Source of the DNA: Anthoceros angustus
Taxonomy: Eukaryota > Plantae > Anthocerotophyta
Direction: 5' to 3'
Length of the DNA stretch: 64,000 bases
NCBI GenBank assembly: GCA_010909165.1
Contig: VJWM01000103.1
Span: 620,001 to 684,000 of the forward strand
The position numbers and the translations under genes are program-made. Positions within the stretch are counted from its first letter, which is position 1. Each line of letters opens with the position of its first letter. Below, piece by piece: positions 36,286 through 48,740 of this stretch. The notes under the pieces are model-generated. The model ran no database searches. It saw only the letters and a list, made by a program, of their open reading frames with translations, and was not told where the DNA came from.

Positions 36286-37170
36286 TCCTTTCCGCCTTAT
36301 TTTGCACTCCGTACCTACGAAAAAAAACAAAACCTAACTCATTTCCTACTCCTGAGGAGAGTCCGTGGTTCACACCATTGTCACTAAAATCAAATGTACC
36401 TACCGTTTGCTCCCGTCTGCAATCCCAAAACACTCGAACAAGCCTTGCTGGCTCGCATTTCTTTATGATAAGACTATTGAAGTGGACATGTTCGCCTCCT
36501 TTGGCAATGAATCAAACTCCTATGGCTTAGTTGCGCACAATAAGTGGCCTTCAGGCTCTCCTTCCAACATATCTAGAGTTGCCAAAATATCCCAACCAAC
36601 CCTGGCTCTTTGATTTGGCAATGCATTTTTGTAGCCCATAAGCGACAGCTTGTATAGTGGCATCCATAAAATGCCATCATTTGCTGGTTCCTCCTCTTGC
36701 ACCCACATCCAATCCTTCTCCACAACGACCATAAGATTAAGCTACGCACCAATACGTTTGATGTGAATTGTTTCCTCATAACTGTAAGGAGATTGAATGG
36801 GGGCAGGCACAAGTTTCTTCTGTGTCTTCGCAACCTGCTCACCTCTTCCATCTCCTTTCGTCGTGCTTGTCTTCCCATAGGTGTGGCTCAAAGAACGCGC
36901 TTGCCTGCCTCCACTTGATGGCCTGCCTGTTTGCAGCTGGGGCGTCAGCATCTTATTCATTGTTGGCGATCCACGTAGTTGGGGTGCACCGAGCTCCTCC
37001 ACAGCTTCGGACCCGCTTGCCTTCCCTTTGCCCTTTGTATTCTTGCGCGGCCGTTTTCCGCCTCGGCCAGTCGCGGCGTTTTCCGCCTCCGCCTCTCTTG
37101 CTCCGCCTTCCCATCGCCATGACGTCCTCTGCCACAGATCACAATTGCGAGCTCAGAATCCTCACATGTG

Positions 37171-38645
37171 AAGCGAAGAGAGCAGCGCGTGGCGGGCAAT
37201 CAGCAAACCTCGTCTCTGTCACCAACCAAACAAGGGTAGATCGATAAACTGAAATTCAGTGGCAAATGTGGGGAGTAAGAAGGACCTCCTCAGCACGCTC
37301 CAAGCAGCCGCTGTATCACAGAAAGAAGGAAATCCAGTTCGCGAATGGTGTAGGTTGGTACAACCCAGGCACAACACACCGCGTGCATTAATTAGGGTTA
37401 GCCATGAAATGCTTAGTATTATAGCTTAAAAGCGATTTAATCGGGACATAGCCTCGTTCGAGTTAAAGCTATTCATACCTGAATACATATCAAATTAGAT
37501 TTTGCGGCTAGGAGGGGCCGCTTCATTGAATAGGCCAACGCAAGATGTAGGAAACAAGGAATATGTAATTAGCCGGTCCCGGCATTCAGGCCGGTGACCG
37601 GTGAATGGGATTCAATGTGCTTAGGGTGAAAAGTGGTGTTCAGGCACCACACACCACCGCATGCAGTTCGAGACATGCTTGAACACCCTGCAGTCCGCGA
37701 GTTCAAAGTCGTTTCCTTCGCACGTGATGTTGCTCGGCACGCACACAACCTCCGACGATGAAGTGAGAGCCTCTGATTTTGCATAGTATGAGTTGTCCAT
37801 GGTCGCTGTATCTCACATCGCTCGTGAATCTTGCTATGTGCAGGCGCTCCAGGATGAAGCCCAAGACCAATCCTAGTTTGAAGAGTACGGCGTGAAGGGC
37901 AAATAAGCGAAGAGAGGCGTGGCGGGCAATCGCAAACCTCGTCTGTCACCAACCAAACAAGGGTAGATCGATAAAATTCTGGCAAATGTGGAGTAAGAAG
38001 GACCTCCTCAAGACGCTCCAAGCACATTTATCACGAGAAGAAAATCGATTCGCGAATGGTGTAGGTTGGTACAACCCAGGCACAACATGCACACCCTGGC
38101 ATTAACCCAATTAGGGTTAGCCATGAGTAACCGTATTATAGCTTAAAAACGATTTAATCAGGACATAGCCTCGTTCCAGGAGTTAAAGCTATTCATACCT
38201 GAATACATATCAAATTAGATTTTGCGGCTAGGAGGGGCCGCTTCATTGAATAGGCCAACGCAAGATGTAGGAAACAAGGAATATGTAATTAGCCGGCGGT
38301 CCCAGCATTCAAGGCCAGCTGACCCGGTGAATGGGATTCAATGTGCTTAGGGTGAAAAGTGGTGTTCAGGCACCACACACCACCGCATGCAGTTCGAGAC
38401 ATGCGCAGCAGAACACCGCCTGCAGTCCGCGAGTTCAAAGTCGTTTCCTTCGCACGTGATGTTGCTCGGCACGCACACAACCTCCGACGATGAAGTGAGA
38501 GCCTCTGATTTTGCATAGTATGAGTTGTCCATGGTCGCTGTATCTCACATCGCTCGTGAATCTTGCTATGTGCAGGCGCTCCAGGATGAAGCCCAAGACC
38601 AATCCTAGTTTCGAAGAGTACGACGTGAAGGGCAAATAAGCAGAA
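37171..38645. repeat. Tandem duplication, ~734-bp unit x2
   Basis: aagcgaagagag..gcgtggcgggcaatc starts at 37171 and 37905. The copies are near-identical apart from small indels. Confidence 0.92.
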
Positions 38646-39202
38646 GAAGAGATATCTTGAACACCATACCCGGACAAGGTCATGTTGGATTAGATGTAGT
38701 TCAGGACCATTTTAAGTTTCGGAGAATCCGCCGCGAAGGGGAGATAAGCAGAAGAAGGGAAATGCTGAACACCGTTCCCGTCCTAGCGGAGAACCGGACA
38801 CATTTTCTTTCAACTTCGCCAGGAGGTCGTCGATCAGGTATCGGTAAGTGAAGTGCGAGATTATAGTGCACACCATGAATTGATAGGTTGGCATTGGTCT
38901 ACATAGAAGGAATGCCTGAGAATGTGCAGACAAAATGACTGATGGGAGTACTGAGCGACGCCGGCTGGTGCCGTCACCAACTCTTTCACGATCGGTTCCT
39001 CAAACACCACGGAATTTGAATTTGTACGGTTGTGGAGGTACTTTCGCTGACAGCCAACCGGGCGCGCACTAATCCTGTGTCGTGTAGTATGGGGTTCAGT
39101 CCCAAGGGAATGATCCGTATCGTTTGCTTAATATCTCCCTACTCCGGATTCCTAACTTATCCTCCTCCTACTCCGAGTGAAAACCCTTCCGGTGGCCACT
39201 TG

Positions 39203-39311
39203 CGGGGGAAGGGGTAAGGGGTAAGGGGTAAGGGGGCAGGGGAAGGGGAAGGGGAAGGGGGAACGGGGAAGGGGAAGGGGGCAGGGGAAGGGGAAGAGGG
39301 GAAGGGGGGGA
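39203..39311 (+). repeat. G-rich purine tract (GGGGAA/GGGGTAA)n with G-quadruplex potential
   Basis: More than 12 runs of four or more G, separated by 1-4 nt. Confidence 0.85.
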
Positions 39312-42300
39312 AGAATGGTTCATGGCCTCGCCCTATCCGAGATGCTACTAGGGTGAGCGTAATACACGCCACAGAGACCGAGGCGACACTTAAGGTATCG
39401 ATCTACTCTTCCAACAAACCGGACCGAGATGCGTCGTACCACCCTTATCATGTCGGATTCTGACCCGAGCCAACCGTACCACCACCGTGACGCCTACGTA
39501 AACGCATAAAGTTTGGGCCCCTGGTTCAAGATGGTTTGATTTGGAACGGGTCCGAGTTTTTCTGGTTAGAAAAGGTTTGGAGGATACATGCCGGAACTTT
39601 TTTGTTCCTCTTGAAGCTGGAAATGTGGGATACTATTAGGAAGGCATAACGGATACATGGGGAAAAAGAAACGGGTCAAAATGACCTTGTGGTGAAGAGA
39701 GTAGGTAGCCTAGGTGGACGATAGGAAGGCTGCAGCCTACCGCCATAGGCTGCCTACCGATGATGGTAGGCAGGAGAAGACCAAAGGACATGGGCAACCT
39801 ACCGTGGTAGGATGGTGACTCGCCACCGTAGGCTAAGGTCGACTCGAATAGGAAGTAAGGAATTAGGGCAGGATATGAAGGAGTTGGCCACGAAATGGGC
39901 CAAGGAGGTGGATGGACCCGCACTAGATGGTCGGGACCTAAGGGTCCTAATCGGTCCGAGTACGACCCGGACTGCTTTCGCCACGATCCGGCAATCCTTA
40001 GCAGGCGGGGATGCCTGCGCCCGGCGGTTGTGGGAGCTTCGCCAACCGCGGCGGTGCAGGAGACCCGGCGGGTCCTAGCGGTCGTCGTGGATGGCATGAT
40101 TTGGGGCTCAGCATCAGCAGGCCGGGCCTTGAGTGGAAGCCACCCGGAGGCGTCTTCAAAAATATGCACTCCACTTGCAAATGGACACTCCAAAAGCCTG
40201 AAGCATACCCTCACCGGTTGCTCGCCGAAGATGAGCCAACATTCTGAGGGTTTCCTACTCTTCTTCCGAATGCACGCCATCATCTTCGCTGGGCACAACA
40301 TCATCATCGTCATCTTCACTGTTCTCAACGGCACTTTGACTCGCTGATTAAATAAAGCCTTGCAATTCAATCAACTTATCCTTGATTGCCTTTTTATCCA
40401 CAACATACAAATGTTTCCGCAGTCAAGTTGAACTCATAATAGAAGATGACCGTTTGGTGAACAAAAACCTCTACTCACACGACAATCTATTTCTACGATA
40501 GTCCCAAAGTAATGCTATGCTTCACGTTTTGGCGGGTACCTGAACATGCTCATATGTTCTTCGAGAACGAAGCTGCACATAGTACAGTTCGAATGAATAT
40601 ATGAAAATAGGGTTGGAAAATACGTTCAACCATGGCATGAGAGGAGTTTCAATATACGCATCCATAAAGAGAACGCTGGTCGACCAGCGCCCTTCCCCAA
40701 CAAGCCTTGCCCATGGGTGCCGGCAGACCGGCGCCCTCCCCATGTACCCCCTCCCCATGGGCGCCGGCCAGCCGGCGCCCTCCCCATGCATGTTCTCCTC
40801 ATGGGCTGCCATTAATAAAATAAATAATTAGTGCTTCCAATACTATTCAATTTGGGATAGTTACTCACGTGGTTTGGACATTTGGAAATAAATAAGTCAT
40901 GGGTTCGAATCCCCAAGAATTTTAGAAAACTTTGTTGATTTTATGGGCGCATGGGCACGGGCATTTAAGGGCGCTAGTATGCCCGTCTATTGAGGCTGAC
41001 TTGAGGTGTGCATGATATATTCCACAACAGATCCATGGGTATGAGGTTTTGCCAGATGCTAACGAAGAATTGACATTTGAGGCCTACCGCAGAGGACTTC
41101 CGCAATTATGGGCAAAGGAGGTGTGTATCAACGAGACGGACTCTCTAAAATCGCAGGTGGTTTCTTTGAACGCTCGTCGGCTGAAGACCAAAACTGTGGG
41201 GGACTGAACAAAGACTCAAAGGCTTTGGGCGAGAACAATAGCTTCGATGAACGACAACTGGAGCGGATTCAAAATTTGGCCATTGTGATGGATTCGGAGT
41301 CCACTCTAGCACCCGATGAGTCACAAGTTAGCCCTAGAGAGTAGGTTTACGGTTTTGTAGGCACTTAGAGTGCTTCTTCTTTGTGTTCGTGATAACTTTT
41401 GGACCCGTTGCAGTGAGGCAATTGATGATTTCATTTTCCCCTCTTCCTCAAAAACGAAGGGAAAGTGTCGGCCGCCCGACGCCTTTGCTTGGATTTGTTG
41501 TCTTTCTGTATTCGAAATGGGTTTTTACGTTAACTACTTCTTGGGAAAGGGTCGACCTTTCTTCAAAACGAGGTAAAACGCATATTTCGGGACTGTGTGG
41601 GATGTGTTAAGAGGGTTTAGATGTCAAAAAAGGGGGTTCGGATATTCACCCCCTTGGAAAGATACCGTGTTTTGCGTAGTTCCCATGTTTGATCGAAGAG
41701 GGAAGAAGGAGAAGGCAGTTGTCGCACGAGGTAAGCACTGGAATTCATATAAGCACTTCCTCGACAAACAACCAAGCAAAACAAATCTAATATGCAGATA
41801 TAGGTGCAAACCAATAACAACAAGAGGGAGTAGCTCGCACATCGTGGCACAAACACATTCTCCCCACGAGAAGAACACGCAAATTCCTCACACATTGCTC
41901 TCGGAGTCATAGCTTTGGCCTCCTCACAACACCCTTGCATTGCATGCTCTGAGTCATAGCTTTGGCCTCCTCACAACACCTCAGATTGCCCAGAGAGGAC
42001 AAGCTATGATCCGAGCTTGTCCTCAATGGAAGGGTCTACATATATCTTGGCATTAGCATATTCCTTAGATATCCTATTGGCATATGCCGGAAATATCCTA
42101 AGAATACACTATAATATGCAAGGAATATGCTAAAGCATATTACTTGAGCTTATCCACTTAGCTATTGTATCCTAAGAATATAGTATAATATGCATATTAC
42201 TTGAGCTTATCCACTTAGCTATTGCTAACCAGGTTTGATTAATATTAATCAATGCTTAATTAACATAAGCACCTTGGATTAATTAACACTAATTACTTAC

Positions 42301-43418
42301 TTAAAGATAAGTAATTAGATTAATTCATGCTAATCAAACACTAAACCCAAGTGCAGATATTAGTATCACACGGCATGACACAGTCACCATGTGGAATGAT
42401 CTGAGAGGTGCTGGCTATTCTATAAAAGAGTCCTCCTCATGACCTCCTCAGTGTGATGAGGAGGTCATGCAGGCAATCTTGAATAAGAGTGTGGAGGATG
42501 ATGGCTTTGGCGTCGGCATGAGGAGGAGTAGACAGCGATCCTGAGTTTTTGGTGTTGGACACACCTCAATTTACCTTGTTTGAAATTGCTAAGTTGGTTG
42601 TTGATAAGAACATCATAATTTTTGAAGGGGGTGAATAATCTCGAAGGGGGTTTTCCGTAAATAATCTCTGAAGGGGGTTTTTGATGGGCCCTAAAATAGC
42701 GTTTTTAAGGCATTCCAGAAAACATCTCCGAAAAAAGGGTGTCACCCACTAAAGTTCCTACTTTCCATCCAGCAATGTTCCTGTCGAATGGTGGTTGCAA
42801 ACTCGAACCTATGGGATTAATACAAAGTAGGAACGGTAAGGAAGGTCGTTCCTGCCGGGAAGGGACGATCAGAATTCGCTTTTGGGAGGAAAATGTGGTT
42901 TAGTAAGGACACAACAAAAGCCACAGACGGTATTTCCAAAACACATAACATTTGGAACAGACGTTCAACATTCACTGGGACCCCGGACAAACCGTGATTT
43001 CAGTTTCACTCATCACCAGAGTTCAATCCTTCGTCATCACTTGGTCCGACTTCTCCATTGTCATCACTATCTTGACACTTTGACTGTATGAAACCGCGCA
43101 ACTCATGAGCTTATCCCTTATCGCTTTTTGTCCACCGCATACACATGTTTAGTCGTTCAACACAAACCCATAATCTGGGATGGTTTATTTCATTCACAAA
43201 CACCTCAAGTATGTTTTTTGGGTAATGGACCTTATTCCCTTTTTTCCTCAGCATCAGACCAGATGGGTTGGCACTCTGACGGACTATGTATTCCTACACA
43301 TATCTCCCTTTCTACGCATCTGTGTGCTCGGTCCGATACCAGTGGATAAGAAAGTGAGGTCGTGGTGCATCTAGCTTTGCGTCAATGACTCTGCCCAATC
43401 CAGAATGGCCTGTTATGT

Positions 43419-43850
43419 GTGTCCGTAGTGCACAACACTGCCGGAAACATCCCCTTCAAGATTTCCATTATGTCCCCATTCATCCTCGCCATTCCCATTG
43501 TTGCCTTCCGGCATTTTGATATGCCCCCAAGTACATATCACGCTGTGGGAGGTCCCTCAATAATGCCTCATCTAGCAAAGCTTCATCCGGCACTTGAAGT
43601 GGTCAGTATGATCCATACGCGTGAAAACCACTTCCAAGGACGCCGTAGCACTAGCCCAATGTTATTCTCCACAATGATAGCAATCTCCTTCGGTCCACCC
43701 AAAAGGCTTCCCACCACTTGTACTCTTCAGGTCACCTATGGGCGCAAATCTTTTAACCCTTCCACAAATGGGCCACACCTTCCATCGGTGATAGGATACC
43801 GTTCCTTCTTTCCCCCTAGCTTCACCCGCATGCACGTAGGATGGTGCTAA
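43419..43850 (-). mobile_element. Degenerate gag-like fragment with zinc-knuckle relic
   Basis: GDCYHCGE*HWA at ~43650-43690 resembles a CCHC knuckle broken by a stop. The surrounding frames are disrupted. Confidence 0.4.
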
Positions 43851-44062
43851 GGGAGGGGCGCCGGCCGGCGCCTCCCTAGCACATCCCCACGCCCATGGGC
43901 GCATGGGCGCATGGGCGCATGGGCGCCGGCCGGCGCCTCCCTAGCACACCACCACCGCCCATGGGCGCCGGCCGGCGCCTCCCCTACCCATGGGCGGCCG
44001 GCCGGCGCCTCCCTAGCACACCGCCCATGGGCGCATGGGCGCATGGGCGCCTCCCTAGCACA
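43844..44062. repeat. Array of palindromic GC motifs (GGCGCCGGCCGGCGCC, GCCCATGGGC, CATGGGCG, CTCCCTAGCAC)
   Basis: Read directly. A diverged related array lies at 40690-40806. Confidence 0.85.
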
Positions 44063-45185
44063 TCTCGTGGGTTTGTAAGAAAATAAATATTTAGCGGCGC
44101 AAGAGCATTACAACTTGGGACCGTTGGTCAAGTTTTGGGAAAAAGAGTGTAGTAATGAATAAGTTTCGTGTTCAAAACTCGTATATTGTTAACAACTCAA
44201 TTTTGGTGATTTTAAGGATGCTTGCATGGGCGCATGGGAAACTAACTTTGTTCATTTTAACGACGGTGGCATTGCCTTAAAGCCCAAGTGGTTGCATTGA
44301 GTGCCAGAAGGTTGAAGACCACGACTGACGACCTTTTGGATGAGGTCGGCGATGCTAGATCTTTGTGTGGCGATCGACATCGTCGGACGCTGGGCCCAAG
44401 AATGGTACTATTGAAGACGAGCAAGCAATGGAGGAGAATGACAACTTTGAGGGGAGGATATGGACCGCCTCTGAAATATGGCGGTGGTACTTGACTCAGT
44501 TTCGGCGCAAGGCATGGATGAGTCGCCAGGCCGCACTCTTAAATGACTATTGTCGATGCTGATCACCACTTCCTCCTTTAGCAGTTGTTTGTTGCAATGT
44601 TCTCACGACCATTGAAATGAGACTCCCGCTAGTACATGATTGTTTTCATTGTGTTCCACCACTTCAAAGTAAAAGTTTTCGGTTGTAATAAACATATGAA
44701 AATGGCAGCCCTCTATACATTCTACAAAAACGCAGACGCCCACACCCTACTGTGCTCCAGTTCTCTGGTGTAGACTTGAAAGTGCGTCTTTTATCAAAGG
44801 TATGACCTCAGAAAGGGTGTGCGCATTATCAAAGTAGGGCAGATATGCTGCTACAGGAAGGGTGTACATCGTGACAAGGGGGTGCTGTCTCGACCAAAGG
44901 GGGTTACTATATTCCCCCCCTTCAAAAATTATCATGTTTAAGATGCTGATGTTCACTTGCATGATCCCATTTTGCAGGCTAGTCTTGTGTTTAGGGTGGA
45001 GGAATGAAGAAGGAATCCAAAATAGTAGGTCTATCGTAGGCTTCCCTTAAAGGAGACCAATGTAGAGTTGAGGGCATCGGTGAGGTTTAGTGGAGCAGGA
45101 TTCCATGTAGGGCATTTTTGGGAAACTTGACTGCAGCCCTACACATTGTTTGCAACAGCATATTGAACAAAAATCACTTTATATA

Positions 45186-45395
45186 TTTTACAACGGAGAG
45201 TCTACAAGAATTAATAGCAAAATTTACAACGGAATTAAAAAGAGAATTTACAATGGAATTAGAAGGTTACTTTACTATGGAATAAAAAGGAGAATTTACT
45301 ACAGAATTAAAAGGAGAATTTATAATAGAATTAAAAGGAGAATTTACAATGGAATTAAAACAGAATTTACAATGGAATTCAAAGCCGAATTCACA
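45186..45395. repeat. 24-bp minisatellite (AGAATTTACAATGGAATTAAAAGG), about 8 copies
   Basis: Read directly; it produces the spurious IYNGIKRR ORF. Confidence 0.9.
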
Positions 45396-46093
45396 GCATT
45401 GGGAATTTTTTGTGGGAACTGGTTTGAATTTTTTTGTGGGATTTTTTTTAATTTTTTGGCTGAAAATGGGTTGAATTTTAGGCGGGAATTGGTTTTGAAT
45501 TTTAAACCCTGAAATTAATTAGTTATCTTAATTGAGTTAATTAGCTCTAGTTACTTAACTTTAGTCACTTAACCCCGAATAAAAAACCATAGTTAATTAA
45601 GCATTTTTAATGATCTAGAAGATTTTAACCATGATTAGTTTGTTGTAAATTGCATATTGTAATGTCCGGTAGTAGATGTTCTGTTGTAACTTCCTGCCTT
45701 CTCACCGCTTCCACGTTCCTACCATATGTAGGAGGGGGTTCCCGAACTTCGTTGGAGGCCAATATTACGTTTCATAACAAGTGTTGCTTATGCGGGCCTT
45801 GTGGGAGCTGCTTTCTATGGTGTGTAGGTTAAGAGGTACTCCTGTTGCCTAAAGGAGGGACTTGCTGCATCCATAGGAGGGAGGTCCTATCGGTGTAGAA
45901 GTAGCACTCGCCTCCTGCAGGAGGCGTATAAAAAGAGGAAAACATGCATAACTCGTTGCACCTGGGTGGAAAAAGCTCCATAAATCCTTTTAAGGAATCG
46001 GGAAACCCTTCCGTACATCTAACTCCTTGAATTTAAAAGCCTAAATTAGTTACGGAAGAGCAAGTTAAATATTGTCAGGTGAGCAGTAGCAGC

Positions 46094-46111
46094 TTCTAGG
46101 CCCTTCCTGAA
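46094..46111. promoter_or_regulatory. Gapped heat-shock element upstream of DnaJ
   Basis: TTC(46094)-n7-TTC(46104)-nn-GAA(46109) in 5-bp phase, plus TTCTAGA at 46171. Confidence 0.4.
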
Positions 46112-46751
46112 TGCCTAGCCACCGTCCGATCCTTCCATCGGATGGCTGGAGAGGTGCGCGGCAGCGACCCTTCTAGACGCTCCTGCCCTTTCTCCGTTGC
46201 CCGCTCGCGTCGCCTCGAAGGCGAGCTTCTCCTCTCTCTTCCTTCTCTCTTCTCTCGATCTTTCCTTTGCCGGTCCTCTTGAGGAGGGCTTGCGAGGAGA
46301 GGAGCGCAAATCCTTGGTTTCGCAGCTGTTCCGTAGGGACCTCTGGAGCGTTTGCGGTGCGTGCATCCTTTCCTTCTCGGACGGCTTGGACCTTTCCCCG
46401 CGCAGTGCTGGTACCAGTAGTGCCCTTACTGGACACGGGGTCTGCTGTGATACGGGGTCCGGGTCTGGTGGTAGGGTACCAAATTCCCTCTTCTATGCTG
46501 ACTGTTTTTGGTAGCGGCGGACTGCCTTCTCATGATGCCATCGTGGGGTTGGGAAGTCTGTTTGCTGGCAGATCCATGGGCAAAGCTGTGCTTCGTGTTG
46601 TGTATTGGGGTGGTTTCGGAGAATGGCGTTTGCTGGTTTCGATTCGCTTCTCTTTAGACTTTTGCCCTAACCCTGCTACCCGGTCTATGGCAGGATTTCA
46701 TCATTAGGTGCCTTTGGCTGTAGTTGACTGGTGTTTCTGTAGTCGGGCACC

Positions 46752-48740
46752 ATGTTCGGTCGTATGCCATCGAAGAAGAGCGACAACACGCGGTATTATG
46801 ATGTGTTAGGTGTCTCGAAGACCGCGTCACAGGATGAGCTGAAGAAGGCATATCGTAAGGCTGCAATTAAGAATCATCCCGACAAGGGTGGGGACCCCGA
46901 GAAGGTAAATGTGGAAAGACTGCTGCATGCCGTCTGTTTGACTAGCCATCTGTAGGGTTTGCTGCTATGTCGATGGTATTGCTCGTAGATGTTATGGTCG
47001 CCCTCGGGTGTTGCAACAGCGTTTGCTACAAGTCGGTTTGAATGTTGAGCTGTATACGAAGACTAATGTGACCTTTAATTCCTGCAGTTCAAGGAGCTCG
47101 CTCAAGCCTATGAAGTTCTCAGTGACCCCGAGAAAAGGGAAATATATGACCAATATGGCGAAGATGCCATCAAAGAAGGAATGGGCGGAGGCGGTGGCTC
47201 TCACAATCCATTCGATATTTTCGAATCCTTTTTCGGAAGTGGAGGGCATCCCTTTGGAGGTACTTGGACGTGACTCCGGTTACTGGGTCACATGTGATTG
47301 AGCAGCATGTGAATGTCCGGCCAGGATGACATGAAACATGCAGTCCAAGGAAGTGAGCTGAGTACTGTTTGTTCTCCTGTGGTACTTGTTGTTTCCAGAA
47401 TTTTCCGGTGGTGGAGGAAGGGGAGGTCGTAGCAGGCAACGAAGAGGTGAAGATGTGGTGCATCCCTTGAAGGTTTCCTTGGAGGACCTTTACAATGGTA
47501 CTTCCAAGAAGTTGTCTCTGTCCAGAAATGTGCTGTGCCCAAAGTGCAAAGGGTAGGTCATTGCCACCAGTGTGTTAAAGGACTGGGTGGTTTCTTAGTC
47601 CAGGGTATTCGACTTGTGAACTGACAAGTGAGGTGTCTACGCTGATTTCAGGAAGGGATCCAAGACTGGTGCTTCTAGCCGTTGTGTTGGATGCCAAGGT
47701 TCTGGCATGAAAGTGTCCATCCGCCAGCTTGGCCCCAATATGATCCAGCAGATGCAACACGTGTGCCCTGATTGTAAAGGCGCAGGTGAGTGGCGCTCTT
47801 GTCACGTGGTTCAGCCTGTTTGTTTTCTCTCTATGGTTCTGTGACTGATAGCGGAGCTTCCTTTGCGATTGCAGGGGAGACGATCAGTGATAAAGACAAG
47901 TGCACGCAGTGCAAGGGCCTAAAAGTTGTACAGGATAAGAAAATGCTGGAAGTTCACGTTGAGAAAGGGATGCAGCATGGTCAGAAGATCACTTTCGCAG
48001 GGGAAGCTGATGAAGCGGTAAGATCTGTGGGCCCTCCTGTGACTGTTGTTTGAAAGTATTTGTTCTTTCATGTTGGTATCGCTGAAAGTGGTCTTCATAG
48101 TAAACCTTCATTTTTTATTTGATTGCAGCCTGATACTCAAACTGGAGATATCGTCTTTGTATTGCAACTCAAAGAGCATCCAAAGTTCAAGAGAAAGGGG
48201 GATGATCTTTTTGTGGAGCATAGTCTCTCCCTGACCGAGGCATTATGTGGCTTCCAATTTCCTCTTACCCACCTGGACGGCAGGCAATTGCTCATTAAGT
48301 CCAACCCGTGTGAGGTCATCAAACCGGGTATGTTGTGCTCTCCCTCCCCCCGCCGGGCATTTGCGCTGTCGATTGTTTGTACCATATGCATATGTATTGA
48401 CATTCCCCTACTCTGTGATGCAGGCCAATTTAAGGCGATCAACGACGAGGGGATGCCTCACTATCAGAGGCCTTTCATGAAGGGCAAGTTGTACCTTCAT
48501 TTCAATGTGGAGTTCCCAGAGTCTCTGACTCCAGAGCAAACCAGCCTTTTGGAATCAGTTTTGCCCGCTAGGTCATCCGTGCAGATGACGGATATGGAGA
48601 TTGATGAATGCGAGGAGACAACCCTTCATGATGTGAACATCGAGGACGAGATGAGGAGGAAACAGCAAGCGCAGCAGGCCGAAGCGTACGAGGAGGACGA
48701 AGAAGGATCTGGGCCTCGGGTGCAGTGCGCCCAGCAATAG
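46752..48740 (+). CDS. DNAJ: Type I cytosolic DnaJ (ATJ2/ATJ3-like Hsp40)
   Basis: Seven exons: 46752-46904, 47088-47259, 47399-47552, 47652-47785, 47875-48017, 48129-48327, 48424-48740. HPD motif, G/F region, four CxxCxG repeats and C-terminal CaaX (CAQQ). Confidence 0.97.

Larger units (their letters stand above)
29200..45600. mobile_element. Island of nested, degenerate transposon and repeat sequence
   Basis: No intact spliced host gene found. Abrupt GC shifts, broken ORFs, internal duplications and tandem arrays. Boundaries are approximate. Confidence 0.8.

Noticed and set aside
40855-40916. GGTTCGAATCC B-box suggesting a tRNA or SINE
   Set aside because: No cloverleaf, a poor A box and no tail or TSD. 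At most a relic.
45150-45512. ORF with IYNGIKRR repeats
   Set aside because: Translation of a 24-bp AT-rich minisatellite, with a non-ATG start.
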